This document shows, piece by piece, positions 1 to 9,121 of a stretch of 48,886 bases of DNA. Each line of letters begins with the position of its first letter. Position 1 is the stretch's first letter. The translations under genes were made by a program, and so were the position numbers. The stretch lies in assembly GCA_028718445.1 (NCBI GenBank), contig JAQULY010000001.1:1-48886 (forward strand), read 5' to 3'. Below the pieces are notes generated by a model. That model did not search any database, had not been told where the DNA came from, and saw only the letters and a program-made list of their open reading frames with translations. Origin of the DNA: Kiritimatiellia bacterium (GTDB lineage Bacteria; Verrucomicrobiota; Kiritimatiellia; RFP12; JAAYLN01).

Positions 1-100
1 GAGGTAGGGGGCATGGCGGAGTATTCGTGGTTCAGCGGCGCTTCCGACGCGATGCCACCAGTATGTAAAAACCCGCGAGAAACGTCCATTCAGATCGCCG

Positions 101-130
101 TTGACACTCGTCGCCGCTCTTTGACATAGT
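101..130 (+). promoter_or_regulatory. candidate sigma70-type promoter for tRNA-Tyr
   Basis: TTGACA at 101-106, 18-nt spacer, CATAGT at 125-130, about 45 nt upstream of the tRNA 5' end. The promoter consensus of this lineage is unknown. Confidence 0.25.
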
Positions 131-175
131 GTGCGTTGCTGTTGACGCGGGCGGGTAGCCCCCGCGTGACGGCGC

Positions 176-261
176 GGTGGGGTACCGAAGCGGCCAACCG
201 GGGCAGACTGTAAATCTGCTGGCTTATGCCTTCCTTGGTTCGAATCCAAGCCCCACCACCA
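176..261 (+). tRNA. tRNA-Tyr (anticodon GTA)
   Basis: 7-bp acceptor stem GGTGGGG (176-182) pairs with CCCCACC (251-257). Anticodon stem GCAGA/TCTGC with loop CTGTAAA, GTA at 210-212. Long variable arm 220-233 (GGC-TTAT-GCC), typical of bacterial tRNA-Tyr. T arm CTTGG-TTCGAAT-CCAAG. Encoded CCA at 259-261. Confidence 0.9.
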
Positions 262-276
262 TCTTCCAGACCGCGC

Positions 277-1428
277 TCAGAGTGCGACGATGCGACTGTA
301 GTCCGGATCGTCTCCCGACAGATAGGGCTCGGTGCGGTAGCAGCGCAGGTCGTTCAGTTCGCGCAAGGTGGAGCTCAGCGACTCCGCCGCCGAGAGGGAC
401 ATTTTGAGCAGCTCCTCGCGGTCCTGTGCGTCGGCCTCTCTGAGGCGCATCATCATCTCGATGCTGTTCAGCAGGACCGTCGCGGGCTGCCCGAGATGAT
501 GGCAGACGCCGCCGATGCTTTCCATCATCACCCGATTACGCTCGATGTCGCGTTCCGCCTGCTCGGCCCTCTGGCGGTCGGTCATGTCCACGAACGACAG
601 CACCACGCCGGCCAACTCTCCCTCAGTGTCCACATTGCCGACGGCGTCGCACTCCGTTACCACCTTCGTGCCATCGGGGCGGCTGAGCTGTACTTCGCCG
701 TGCCAGGCCTTGCCGTCGCGGACAGTCTCAAGCAACTGTTGCGCCACGCCGGCATCGGCAATCAAGTTCTCCAGATGGGCGCCCTTGAGGGGCGTGCCGG
801 CATCACGGCCGCACAGGCCGCTCATGGCCTGGTTGGCGTAGATCACCTGTCCCTTCAGGCTGCTGACGAGGATGCCGGCGCGCGCGGTGCGCACGGCAGT
901 GTCTACGGTTTGCAGACGCTCTTCGGTCTCTTTGCGCCAGGTGATGTCACGCACGAAGAAACATAGGTATTGCGCCGCGCCGTCCCGCAGGCGGTGGACG
1001 GCGATTTCGGAGGGAAAGTAGCTCTGGTCGCTGCGCTGGCACCAGGCGTTGATGCGCGCGAAACGTTCGGTAGCCAACAAAGACGTCAGCTTGGCGATCA
1101 GGCTGTCGTCGGCACCCGAGATGATCTGCACGATATTGACGCCCAGCAGAGACTCGCCTTCGCCCACCAGGAACTCGTGCGCCCGCAGGTTGCCCTTCAC
1201 CACCTCGCCCTGCATGTCGGTGATCAGCGTGGCGTCGTAAGCGTTCAGGAATAGCTGCCGAAAAAACTCCGAGCCCAACCGCGGCTGCGCATCCAGATCG
1301 CTGGCCTCGCCGCGCGTTCGGACCGCGAACGGACTGGAGCCGATGCCCGGCAGGATGTCCAGGCGCATGGTCTTGGAGTGCTTGTTGTTGCCGCTGCCGA
1401 TATTATTGCTCTGCACGGATGAAACCAA
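277..1428 (-). CDS. PAS-domain sensor protein with a FixL-like DHp/H-box but no HATPase domain
   Basis: 383-aa ORF. PAS-like segments (LITDMQGEVVKGN..., ILVSSLKGQVIYANQA...). H-box-like GGVCHHLGQPATVLLNSIEMM near the C-terminus, then about 60 aa and the stop. No N/G1/F/G2 ATP-binding boxes seen. Confidence 0.7.
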   Translation of the reverse strand: MVSSVQSNNIGSGNNKHSKTMRLDILPGIGSSPFAVRTRGEASDLDAQPRLGSEFFRQLFLNAYDATLITDMQGEVVKGNLRAHEFLVGEGESLLGVNIVQIISGADDSLIAKLTSLLATERFARINAWCQRSDQSYFPSEIAVHRLRDGAAQYLCFFVRDITWRKETEERLQTVDTAVRTARAGILVSSLKGQVIYANQAMSGLCGRDAGTPLKGAHLENLIADAGVAQQLLETVRDGKAWHGEVQLSRPDGTKVVTECDAVGNVDTEGELAGVVLSFVDMTDRQRAEQAERDIERNRVMMESIGGVCHHLGQPATVLLNSIEMMMRLREADAQDREELLKMSLSAAESLSSTLRELNDLRCYRTEPYLSGDDPDYSRIVAL

Positions 1429-1490
1429 ATACCCCTCCTCCCCGGCACATGCGACCGGAATGCCTTGCGTCTACGCGTTGACCACACACC

Positions 1491-2555
1491 TTATTGCCAA
1501 GCGATGATAACCGTATTGTCCGTCACTATTTCCGAATCGGGCGGCTTGAATTCGGCTCTGTCGGCGTCGTATTCCAGCGCGTCGCTACCGCCGAATGTGA
1601 TGCCATCCTGAGCCACCAACGGGCCTGTGAAATTTAGAGCCGCTGAACCACCGCCAGTTGACGCTATGCTGCCGCCTACCGCTACGATCGCGCCGGTGAT
1701 CTCCGGCCCGCCATGCAACGCGATGCTGCCGGTTACCGAGACCAGGGTCGGCAAGCCATTCACGCCGTTGCAGACCGCGCCCCCGGTCACGCTGATTGGT
1801 CCCGCCGTGATCAGGCAGCAATTCAATGTGCAGGACTCGATACTGACCTCGTCAACTCCATCGAAGAACACGATCTGTCCATCGAACTGCGCCGGATTAT
1901 CCTTGATCGCTTGCGAAAGGGCCGCGGCGGTGCCGGTCCAACGGTAGGCGAACGGCGTGTATTTCGTGACATCGAACCACTCGTTGATGTTGCCGGAGGC
2001 ACCCTCAGTGCATTCGCCCTCATAGGGCCATCCCTTCTTCTCGTCCAGATCTCCACACAAAACATCGCCACTGACACTGGCGGACGGAGAGCCGTTGATC
2101 CTGATCGTGCCTGGCGTGAACATGGCAACGTCCTCCCAGGGGGCAGATTCGGTCGTGTTGGTGCTCGCGTTCGCGACCTTTGGGAAGTTGCGGAGCGAGA
2201 GCGTGATGGTTGCGCTGGAGATGCCGCACTTTCCGACCGAGGTCAGAAGCGCGCGATTCGTGCCGGCCGACTCCAGCGTGGTCTGGTATTTGCCGCCACC
2301 GAACGCTATTTCCGGGTTTGTATCGAAGTCCGCTTCAGCGAAGCAATGTTTGATTTCGTTGTAGCGAGCGTTCGCGCCGGCTTCGGCGATCACGCGCGCC
2401 TTCAGGAACTCGCGCGTCTTGCGCGCGGCCCGAACCTGGTAACTCGCGACCGAATAGATCGCGCTTGCCAGCATGGCGATCATCATGGTGATGCTGATAG
2501 CCGTCACCAAGGCAAACCCCGACTTTCCTTGGGTCATATTCAGTCTCATATTCAT
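1491..2555 (-). CDS. PilX/GspK-like minor pseudopilin with a Gly-rich beta-helix-like C-terminal region
   Basis: N-terminus QGKSG|FALVTAISITMMIAML is prepilin-like but lacks Glu at +5, as in GspK/PilX. Last gene of a tight three-gene operon (26-nt gap to the upstream gene). Confidence 0.6.
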   Translation of the reverse strand: MNMRLNMTQGKSGFALVTAISITMMIAMLASAIYSVASYQVRAARKTREFLKARVIAEAGANARYNEIKHCFAEADFDTNPEIAFGGGKYQTTLESAGTNRALLTSVGKCGISSATITLSLRNFPKVANASTNTTESAPWEDVAMFTPGTIRINGSPSASVSGDVLCGDLDEKKGWPYEGECTEGASGNINEWFDVTKYTPFAYRWTGTAAALSQAIKDNPAQFDGQIVFFDGVDEVSIESCTLNCCLITAGPISVTGGAVCNGVNGLPTLVSVTGSIALHGGPEITGAIVAVGGSIASTGGGSAALNFTGPLVAQDGITFGGSDALEYDADRAEFKPPDSEIVTDNTVIIAWQ

Positions 2556-2581
2556 GGTTCAGCCCTCCGCTACCGACTGCA

Positions 2582-4690
2582 TTATTTGTATGAGTTACGC
2601 GGTTCGACTTCAATGCTCATGCTGGAGGTCAAGCGTTTGGCGCCGCCTGTCCCTGGAACATCCTTATAGATCTCGAGCGCTACATGGAGACCCCTGATAA
2701 CCTTCTCCCCGTCCACGGTCAGCGAATAGGCGCCGAAGTCCGGGCCGACCGTAATCACGCCGCCGACGTCCACGATCCGGTCTTCGCCCGGCCAGCCGAT
2801 CGTCACGCTTCTGAGCAATGGCGTGGCGCCTACCGCATCGTCGGAAACCAGGCGAGCGCGGAACTGCACGTAACGCAGGTAGCTCGCCCCAGGCGATCCT
2901 CCGTTAGCATCGAGTGGCACGGCGCTCCAATCCTCGTCCGCCGCCAGCGCCTCGGCCGAACTGCCGGCGCGCGACTGTATCTCGATGTCCGTGCCGTCAG
3001 GTTTGATCTCGCGCCACTCGATCAGGTCGTACCTCGGGACGTCCATGGTCGTGTCGAACACCTGCGACACATAGTATCCTTCCTTGGCGCAGACCGTGAC
3101 GATCTCCTGAACGTAGCAGATGTCGTTGCGGTAGAGGACATGCGGTAGACCTGTCCAGGTTGCGGTCTTGCGCACATCCCTGAATGCTGTTGCAGTCGCG
3201 CAGTTGGTATGCACAGCTGTCATGCTGGACACGTCTGCATAGCGGTTGTTGTCCCATGTCACCAAGCCGGTGGCGTTATAGATCCAGAATGTCACGACGT
3301 AACTGTTGGTGTGGTCTATGTTCATGTACGTCACGGCATTGTTGTCCGTGTCACGCTGGCGGAGGACGCCCAGCACGCAGCCGGCGTCGGCAGGATCCGG
3401 GTACAGTTGCAGTCTTCGCACCGGCGCGCCGCTACGCCCGTCAAGCGACGTCAAGTCCTTGGCCTCCGTAATCGTGGCGGAGGGTGTGCCGAGGCTTGCG
3501 CCCGGCGGTACGCGAATGCGCACATAACTATTGGGCGGACTCGGCAGCGGGCTCGGGAGCGTGTCGGCATACGTCAGCAGTCTGCCGTCATGCCTGATCG
3601 CGCCGTCAACGCCGCCGCGAATCAGCACGCGGAAGGCGCTGTAGTTGACGTTGGAGGCGATGGCGTTCGGCGGGTCGGCGTCGTAAGTCTGTTCGCTGGC
3701 ATTCCAGACCACGCCCGAACCGGTCACTTCCATTACGATGTCTTTCCGCGCGAAGTCGAATCTTGGCGCGACGTGCCCGGTGCCCTGGCCCTGCCGGTAG
3801 TCGAAGTTGGTCTCTTCCCAGCGGTCGTTGGCCATTGTGAGCGTGAGCGTCGCGTTCTTGTTTATGGCGGGAACCAGCGCGTGATTATGGCCGCTCCAGC
3901 CCAAGCTGTAAGCTCGCTCGACGGTGGGGGAGGCGGAAGCGGTCTGGTCTTCGGCTTCGCGGTGATGTCCGGTGGCGGAGACGCACAGTGTGTCCAGTCC
4001 CAACTTGTAGCCCGAGCTGCTTGTGTTCTTGCCGACGCAAGTGAAGGTGAAGATGTGATTGCCGGGACTGAGTCTCGCCGATCCCATGGCCCGCGCGGAT
4101 CGTCCAAGTCGGCTGGCGTAGGCGTCGAAGTCGCCGGCGGTGGGATCGATGCTCCAGTCGAAGAAGTTGGCGAAGATCACGCGCGAACTGGCGGTCTCGC
4201 CTACGCCTTCAGCGCCTTCGCCGTTGCCGTTCGCGACCACGCTGGCGAGTTGCGTGCGGCGTTCATCGTCCGACATGCCGTTGTCACGATTCGTGAAGAC
4301 GGTCCGCATCAGCTTATCCGGTTCGCCCGCGGCGACATGGTAGATTACGGTCGAGTCCCACAGAATCTTGGTGCCGTCATCCACCGTGGGCGTCAACCCG
4401 TCTTCATCGCGGTCGAAAGCGGCAGGGAAACTGATGGCCTTGTAGGGACCGGGACCATCAGGGAAATAGACCATTTTGTCTATGGCCGAGAGACGTGTCT
4501 CGGCGCGAATGCGCTCGATGGCGGTGCGCACGCTGATGTCCAATTCGGCCTGGGTCGAGTTGCGCCTTTCGCCGCGCACCACGTTCATCCAGCCGTACAT
4601 ACCCAGGGCCGTCGCTACCGCCACCAGCATTGCCGCGATCACCATCTCGACAATGGTGAACCCGCGTTCTCTGTCCGATTCCGCATGCAT
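2582..4690 (-). CDS. large (702 aa) prepilin-type N-terminal cleavage/methylation domain protein
   Basis: N-terminus ERG|FTIVEMVIAAMLVAVA carries the canonical G|F cleavage site and Glu+5. The rest is a long beta-rich region without a motif I can name. Confidence 0.65.
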   Translation of the reverse strand: MHAESDRERGFTIVEMVIAAMLVAVATALGMYGWMNVVRGERRNSTQAELDISVRTAIERIRAETRLSAIDKMVYFPDGPGPYKAISFPAAFDRDEDGLTPTVDDGTKILWDSTVIYHVAAGEPDKLMRTVFTNRDNGMSDDERRTQLASVVANGNGEGAEGVGETASSRVIFANFFDWSIDPTAGDFDAYASRLGRSARAMGSARLSPGNHIFTFTCVGKNTSSSGYKLGLDTLCVSATGHHREAEDQTASASPTVERAYSLGWSGHNHALVPAINKNATLTLTMANDRWEETNFDYRQGQGTGHVAPRFDFARKDIVMEVTGSGVVWNASEQTYDADPPNAIASNVNYSAFRVLIRGGVDGAIRHDGRLLTYADTLPSPLPSPPNSYVRIRVPPGASLGTPSATITEAKDLTSLDGRSGAPVRRLQLYPDPADAGCVLGVLRQRDTDNNAVTYMNIDHTNSYVVTFWIYNATGLVTWDNNRYADVSSMTAVHTNCATATAFRDVRKTATWTGLPHVLYRNDICYVQEIVTVCAKEGYYVSQVFDTTMDVPRYDLIEWREIKPDGTDIEIQSRAGSSAEALAADEDWSAVPLDANGGSPGASYLRYVQFRARLVSDDAVGATPLLRSVTIGWPGEDRIVDVGGVITVGPDFGAYSLTVDGEKVIRGLHVALEIYKDVPGTGGAKRLTSSMSIEVEPRNSYK

Positions 4691-4701
4691 GGCTGCTTCC
4701 T

Positions 4702-5154
4702 CTACGAGCCTACGGGTGTCAGATACACGGTATAATAGCAGGACATTGTCTCATAGTTCTTGGCATCGAATTTGTTGGTGCGCCGGTTCTTGATCTGAAC
4801 CTTGACAACCACCATGGTCAGACCATTCGCCGGCCAATTGGCACTCACATCCGTCTTACGTCTGAACCGGCCATCCGGGCTGATATTGCCGTCTTGATCC
4901 ACGATTACGGGGGTCTTTTCGTTGAGCATTATCAGCAGATTGTAATCCACGTTTCGCGCCCGTTCGATGCGCGCCAGACAAAGCGTCGTGGCCACATAAT
5001 GATCGCGCCCCGTCAGAAGCAGTTGCGCGCACTGACTCACCATCATGTAGGCGCCGGCCAGGATCAGTACCAGCAGCACAATCGAGATCAGCACCTCCAG
5101 TACCGATACACCCGCTCGGCGCCTGTTCTTCCGAGTCGCTAAGTCAACGTGCAC
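4702..5154 (-). CDS. small prepilin-type (GspI-like) minor pseudopilin
   Basis: N-terminus RRRAG|VSVLEVLISIVLLVL with Glu+5. GTG start at 5154 preceded by TAGGAG 9 nt upstream. 11-nt gap to the next gene. Confidence 0.6.
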   Translation of the reverse strand: MHVDLATRKNRRRAGVSVLEVLISIVLLVLILAGAYMMVSQCAQLLLTGRDHYVATTLCLARIERARNVDYNLLIMLNEKTPVIVDQDGNISPDGRFRRKTDVSANWPANGLTMVVVKVQIKNRRTNKFDAKNYETMSCYYTVYLTPVGS

Positions 5155-5271
5155 AGTGCCATACTCCTAAATATTAGCACAAAACATGCCCTACGGGTGC
5201 GACTGCAGACGGAGCGCCAGTTTCTCCGATTTTGACGGCAGGCACAGCCTCTGACTTCGCAACATTGAGAA

Positions 5272-7743
5272 TCAGCCGCACTTGGGAAGATTCGCCGCCA
5301 AGCGTCGTGTGCGACCTCTCGGTGATGCGCAAAAGCGCAGGCGCACGCTTCCATCCTGCGCCTGCGTAACCTGCCCGCCGTCGGCCTTTGTCACGGCTGC
5401 CGAGGCCGGCAGCGCTACCTCCACCGCCATGCCGGCGGGATGGGCGACCGCCAGCTCCAGGCGCCTGTCGCTCTCGTGCAACCTCCAAGTTACGCCGATA
5501 TCGCCCAGCGGCGTTGGCACGCATCCTTCAGCCCAAGTCAAGTCCACCGTCAAGGGCTCGATCAGCACTTTCCGGAAACCCGCTTCGCGAGGCTGAACGC
5601 CAAGCACATGCCGCGGCAGACTATGCACGGGGCCGCAGCAGAATTCGTGACAGAGCGACCACATGCGGTCCGGTAGTTGTCCCCCGGGGGTCTCCGGATC
5701 GAAGACTTCCCAGAATGTGGTCGCGCCGCGATCGAGCATGCCGCCCCAGTAGTCGCGGATCAGCTTCAGCGCATCTGCTGCGCGGCCGGTCCCGAACAGA
5801 ACCTCGGCAAGGTAGTAGTTCATGTAGCCGGAGCGCGCCGGATTTGCGAGCCGGCCGCCCGGCAGCAGGGGCTCCACCTGTTTTCGCCGCTCGGGCGGCG
5901 CCAGGCCGGCATACAGCACCAGCCCGTTGGTGATGGCGCTCAACGGATAACGCCCCCGTTCGGACGCGGCGACATCGGCGGTCGCGTGCCGGCCCGCCTC
6001 GCCGCGTTCGGGCAGACAATCGGCGTAGCCGTGCAGAGACTCGTTCCAGAAAAGCGCATTTACGGCAGCGTGCAGAGCCTCCGCCGCGCCACGCGCCGCC
6101 ACCCCCGCTTCCGGATCCTTTGCCACGTCCGCCAGTCGTTCTGCGGCCTTTAGCGCCATATAGTAGAAGCACTGCACTGCCAGCACCTGTCCGTCCTGAC
6201 GGATGCCGGCCAGGTTGTCCACGAAGTCCGCGCGGCTGTCGCCTGGAAGTTGTCGCATCAGGCCGCGTTCATCCCGCCACGAGCGATACCACGCCAGAGC
6301 CGCCTTCGCGTTGGGCCATAGGGAGTTGATCAACTCGCGGTCACCGGAGTGCATCCAGTAGTCGTCCAGCGCCATCACCCACAGCGCGGTGTACTCGGGA
6401 ATCCAGCGTTTCCAGTTGCACGGCACCGGCCCGTGGTTGGGGATGACGCCCTCGGCGCGCTGAATGCGGGCCATCTTGATGAGCGATTCGCGGGCCAGCG
6501 CGTAGTCGCCGAAGGCGTGGTAGGCAAGCAGCGCGGACACGCGCAGGTCGCCCGAATAGAGGGTTTGTTCGCGCCAGGGGCAGTCCTCGAAATGGTCGTG
6601 CATGTTGAGGCGCAGCGTCCATCGGCCCGTCTCCCAGATGCGGTTGAGCCTGGCGTCGCTGCACTTGAACGCGCCGGCTTCGCGCACGGGGTAGGTCGTC
6701 AGCTCGAACCAGGCCCGCCGCAGCTTCAAGACCCCGCGCAGGTTCCGGAAGGTCAGGAGCGCGTAGCGCGCCAGGCGCCGCTCGCAGGGCTGCCAGTGCT
6801 GCGAACCGGGTCGCAGGATCAGGCGGTCCACGCGCGTCAGGTTGAGCGATTCGCCATACGATACCCACACCTCGCCACCGCCGCAGTCCTCGATCTCCAG
6901 GTGGAATCGTCCAACAACCGTTCGTCCGAAGTCCAACATCAGTTGGACCTCGAAGTCCTCATGCAGCGGTTCAATTTCCGTCACGGCGTCCGTCTCGAGC
7001 GTGAGGGCTTCGGGCCGGCGGATGTCGTGAGGCGTGAAACCATAGGCGCAGCCGCTGAGATGGCCGAAAACGTTGACCGGCCTGACGGTTTCGCGTGTAA
7101 AAGGCGGGAAGGGGCGCGGGAGCAGTCTTGGCCAGGCTTCGCACGGCACGGAACCCACTACCGTCGCCTGTTTCCAGTCGCCGTCGTCAAAGCACGCCTC
7201 GCGCCATCGGACCGGCTCGAGGCGCGCGTCGAAGGTCTCCTTATAGTCCTGGCGGTGCCAGGTTACGAAACCCGCCTCGATGGCGTAAGCCGGGTGGCGG
7301 CACAGGCGCCAGGAGGCATCGCTGACGACCTCCTGCCGGCGGCCGTCCTCGCCGGTGGCCGTCAGGTGGACCAGCAGTCCTCCCGGACCGGCGAACTGCT
7401 CGAGCGCTCCGATGTGCTCCGTACCGTGATGGTAAGCGTGCACGGCCAGGACATTTCGTCCGGGGGACAGCAGCGCGGTGAGGTCATACTCGTCGAAATA
7501 CTGCCATGAGGGCCACGAGCGGATCGGCCCGCGCCCGACCCAGACGCCGTTCACATACAGTTCGTAGCTGCTGTTGGCGCTGATGCGGCAACGCGCTGAG
7601 CGCACCGCGCGATCCAGGGCGAAGCATTTGCGGGCCAGTGCGTGGACGTCGGAGGCGGGGCCATCGGGAGGGAGCCAGATCCACTGGGCCTGTCCCCAGG
7701 CGTCGGAATTGGCTTGGTGCTGCCTTGGCTTGGAGGTCTTCAT
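5272..7743 (-). CDS. alpha-L-rhamnosidase-like glycoside hydrolase (GH78-type)
   Basis: 823 aa. N-terminal WIWLP...ISANSSYELYVNGVWVGRGP pattern of the rhamnosidase N-terminal domain. Six-hairpin region with FEDCPWREQTLYSGD. No obvious signal peptide. Confidence 0.7.
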   Translation of the reverse strand: MKTSKPRQHQANSDAWGQAQWIWLPPDGPASDVHALARKCFALDRAVRSARCRISANSSYELYVNGVWVGRGPIRSWPSWQYFDEYDLTALLSPGRNVLAVHAYHHGTEHIGALEQFAGPGGLLVHLTATGEDGRRQEVVSDASWRLCRHPAYAIEAGFVTWHRQDYKETFDARLEPVRWREACFDDGDWKQATVVGSVPCEAWPRLLPRPFPPFTRETVRPVNVFGHLSGCAYGFTPHDIRRPEALTLETDAVTEIEPLHEDFEVQLMLDFGRTVVGRFHLEIEDCGGGEVWVSYGESLNLTRVDRLILRPGSQHWQPCERRLARYALLTFRNLRGVLKLRRAWFELTTYPVREAGAFKCSDARLNRIWETGRWTLRLNMHDHFEDCPWREQTLYSGDLRVSALLAYHAFGDYALARESLIKMARIQRAEGVIPNHGPVPCNWKRWIPEYTALWVMALDDYWMHSGDRELINSLWPNAKAALAWYRSWRDERGLMRQLPGDSRADFVDNLAGIRQDGQVLAVQCFYYMALKAAERLADVAKDPEAGVAARGAAEALHAAVNALFWNESLHGYADCLPERGEAGRHATADVAASERGRYPLSAITNGLVLYAGLAPPERRKQVEPLLPGGRLANPARSGYMNYYLAEVLFGTGRAADALKLIRDYWGGMLDRGATTFWEVFDPETPGGQLPDRMWSLCHEFCCGPVHSLPRHVLGVQPREAGFRKVLIEPLTVDLTWAEGCVPTPLGDIGVTWRLHESDRRLELAVAHPAGMAVEVALPASAAVTKADGGQVTQAQDGSVRLRFCASPRGRTRRLAANLPKCG

Positions 7744-7845
7744 GCAATCGCGCTCTCCGAACTCATGCGCACGAGATTATTCCTTCCCGGCATCCGTGTC
7801 CATTGCCGAACGCTCAACTCAGAGCTCTGAATTCACAAGAGTAAC

Positions 7846-7875
7846 CGCAGATTCACGCAGATTTTCGCAGATTGT
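7846..7875. repeat. three direct 10-bp repeats CGCAGATT(NN)
   Basis: CGCAGATTCA (7846), CGCAGATTTT (7856), CGCAGATTGT (7866), exactly one helical turn apart, in the 489-bp divergent intergenic region between the GH78 gene and the GspG-like gene. Confidence 0.8.
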
Positions 7876-8232
7876 TGTGGGAAGTACCGTACGCTGCGTC
7901 CTGCGCAGGGCTCTGGCGTTTTCGGTGGCACGATATCGGCGACGGCAACGGTGAACGATTGGTCTGCGACCGAATCGTCAGCCGCATATGTCGACGTGCC
8001 GTTCATTTACTTGTGATCTCCGCGTTTTCTCATTTATGCAAAGATGCGTGCCGCCTCCGCCGCCCGTCGCCGCGATTAAAGCTCTTTGAACCCATATTCC
8101 ACGCCTTTTCGCCGGCGACGCGGCCTTGGCATGCCCAGTGCTTCATTATTTCCGTAAAAGCGGTGAGTGGGATTTCCGAGTGGACGCCTCCGCCGCTTTT
8201 CATGAACTGGAACACACCTAAGGAACAGTAAC

Positions 8233-8598
8233 ATGAACAAGAAGGGTTTCACATTGGTTGAGATCATGATCGTGGTGCTGATCATCGGCCTCTTGGCCGC
8301 GATCGCCATCCCGAACTTCCTGAAGGCGCGCAATCAGTCTATCATGAACGCATGTATAGACAATCTGCGTGTCATTGAAGGCGCGAAAGAGTTGTACGCG
8401 ATGGAGAACGATAATGATGCTCCCACGGACTTGGCCACGTTGGTTCCGGCATACATTAAGCACACTCCTGAGTGCAGAGCTGGTGGAGCCTACGATATAG
8501 GCTCAATGGAGGAAGATCCTACGTGCGACGCTACAACCGAAGCGTACCCGCATGCGTTGCCTGCTGGCAACGAGGCGGCGCCAGCGGCTGGTGGCTGA
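8233..8598 (+). CDS. GspG/PulG-like major pseudopilin (prepilin-type N-terminal methylation domain)
   Basis: MNKKG|FTLVEIMIVVLIIGLLAAIAIPNFLKARNQS is a canonical type II secretion/type IV pilin class N-terminus. AAGGA RBS upstream. 121 aa. Confidence 0.85.
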   Translation: MNKKGFTLVEIMIVVLIIGLLAAIAIPNFLKARNQSIMNACIDNLRVIEGAKELYAMENDNDAPTDLATLVPAYIKHTPECRAGGAYDIGSMEEDPTCDATTEAYPHALPAGNEAAPAAGG

Positions 8599-8638
8599 TT
8601 GGCACAGTCGAGCTAGCGAATTCACAGTATGCGTATGC

Positions 8639-8676
8639 AACAGCACGCCTCGGACGAGGCGTGCTGTTCTTTTTTT
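8639..8676 (+). terminator. rho-independent terminator of the pseudopilin gene
   Basis: Perfect 13-bp stem AACAGCACGCCTC (8639-8651) / GAGGCGTGCTGTT (8656-8668), 4-nt loop GGAC, followed by CTTTTTTT. Confidence 0.85.
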
Positions 8677-8875
8677 GTTGACCGTCACAGAACGTGTCCA
8701 CCCAAGGCGTGCGGCGGAATTGCGGTGAGACCTGACTTGACGGGCTCGTTCCCGGCCGCCAGCGTGGCGAACGCAGCCGCGTGCCCGCGGGAACTGCGGC
8801 ACCAGCGTTCCAGCGTCCGGAAATGCTCCGCTCGCGTGTCGCGTTCCACTTTCAGATCCCAAGTGGTCACCCCAA

Positions 8876-9065
8876 AACTGCGAGAGTTGCAGCTTCCACT
8901 GCCGCCCACACATGCGCTCGCCCTTGCGGCTCGGCAGAGCCTCTCCCATACGCTCGTTCACTCGCGCATCGACAAACTGGTGGAGAAGGGCGAGCGTACT
9001 CGCGAGCCGTCTCTGCGCAATCAACGTGCATGGTTCGGTGGCGCCAGTGCGCAACTCTCGCAGTT
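8876..9065. repeat. perfect 15-bp inverted repeat pair separated by 160 bp
   Basis: AACTGCGAGAGTTGC at 8876-8890 and its exact reverse complement GCAACTCTCGCAGTT at 9051-9065, in a roughly 470-bp stretch where I could not support any coding call. Confidence 0.8.
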
Positions 9066-9093
9066 CAGGGATCCGCGTTTCTGCGTTTCTGCC

Positions 9094-9121
9094 TTGCAAA
9101 GAGGGGATGTTTGCGTATGAT
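9094..9121 (+). promoter_or_regulatory. candidate promoter of the HTH regulator gene
   Basis: TTGCAA (9094-9099), 16-nt spacer, TATGAT (9116-9121). GGGGAG RBS at 9143-9148, ATG at 9154. Tandem GCGTTTCT x2 at 9075-9090 lies immediately upstream. Confidence 0.3.

Noticed and set aside
1-261. Integrated mobile element at tRNA-Tyr
   Set aside because: No integrase, no direct repeat of the tRNA 3' end within the window, and the adjacent genes have host-like composition. It remains only a caveat under the truncated-kinase finding.
3209-4735. 508-aa plus-strand ORF antisense to the 702-aa pseudopilin gene. Similar long antisense ORFs: 226-966, 6349-7509, 10934-11866, 13627-14700, 15616-16701, 17019-17864, 21176-22540, 43080-44153, 47025-47891.
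   Set aside because: Each lies entirely opposite a CDS with clear family motifs. All have Arg/Gly/Ala/Pro-rich low-complexity composition and no motifs. They are GC-driven stop-codon-poor frames.
7954-7980. Bulged hairpin CGATTGGTC-TGC-GACCGAATCG as a terminator or riboregulator
   Set aside because: The stem is interrupted, there is no T-run, and it lies far from either flanking gene end. The evidence is insufficient.
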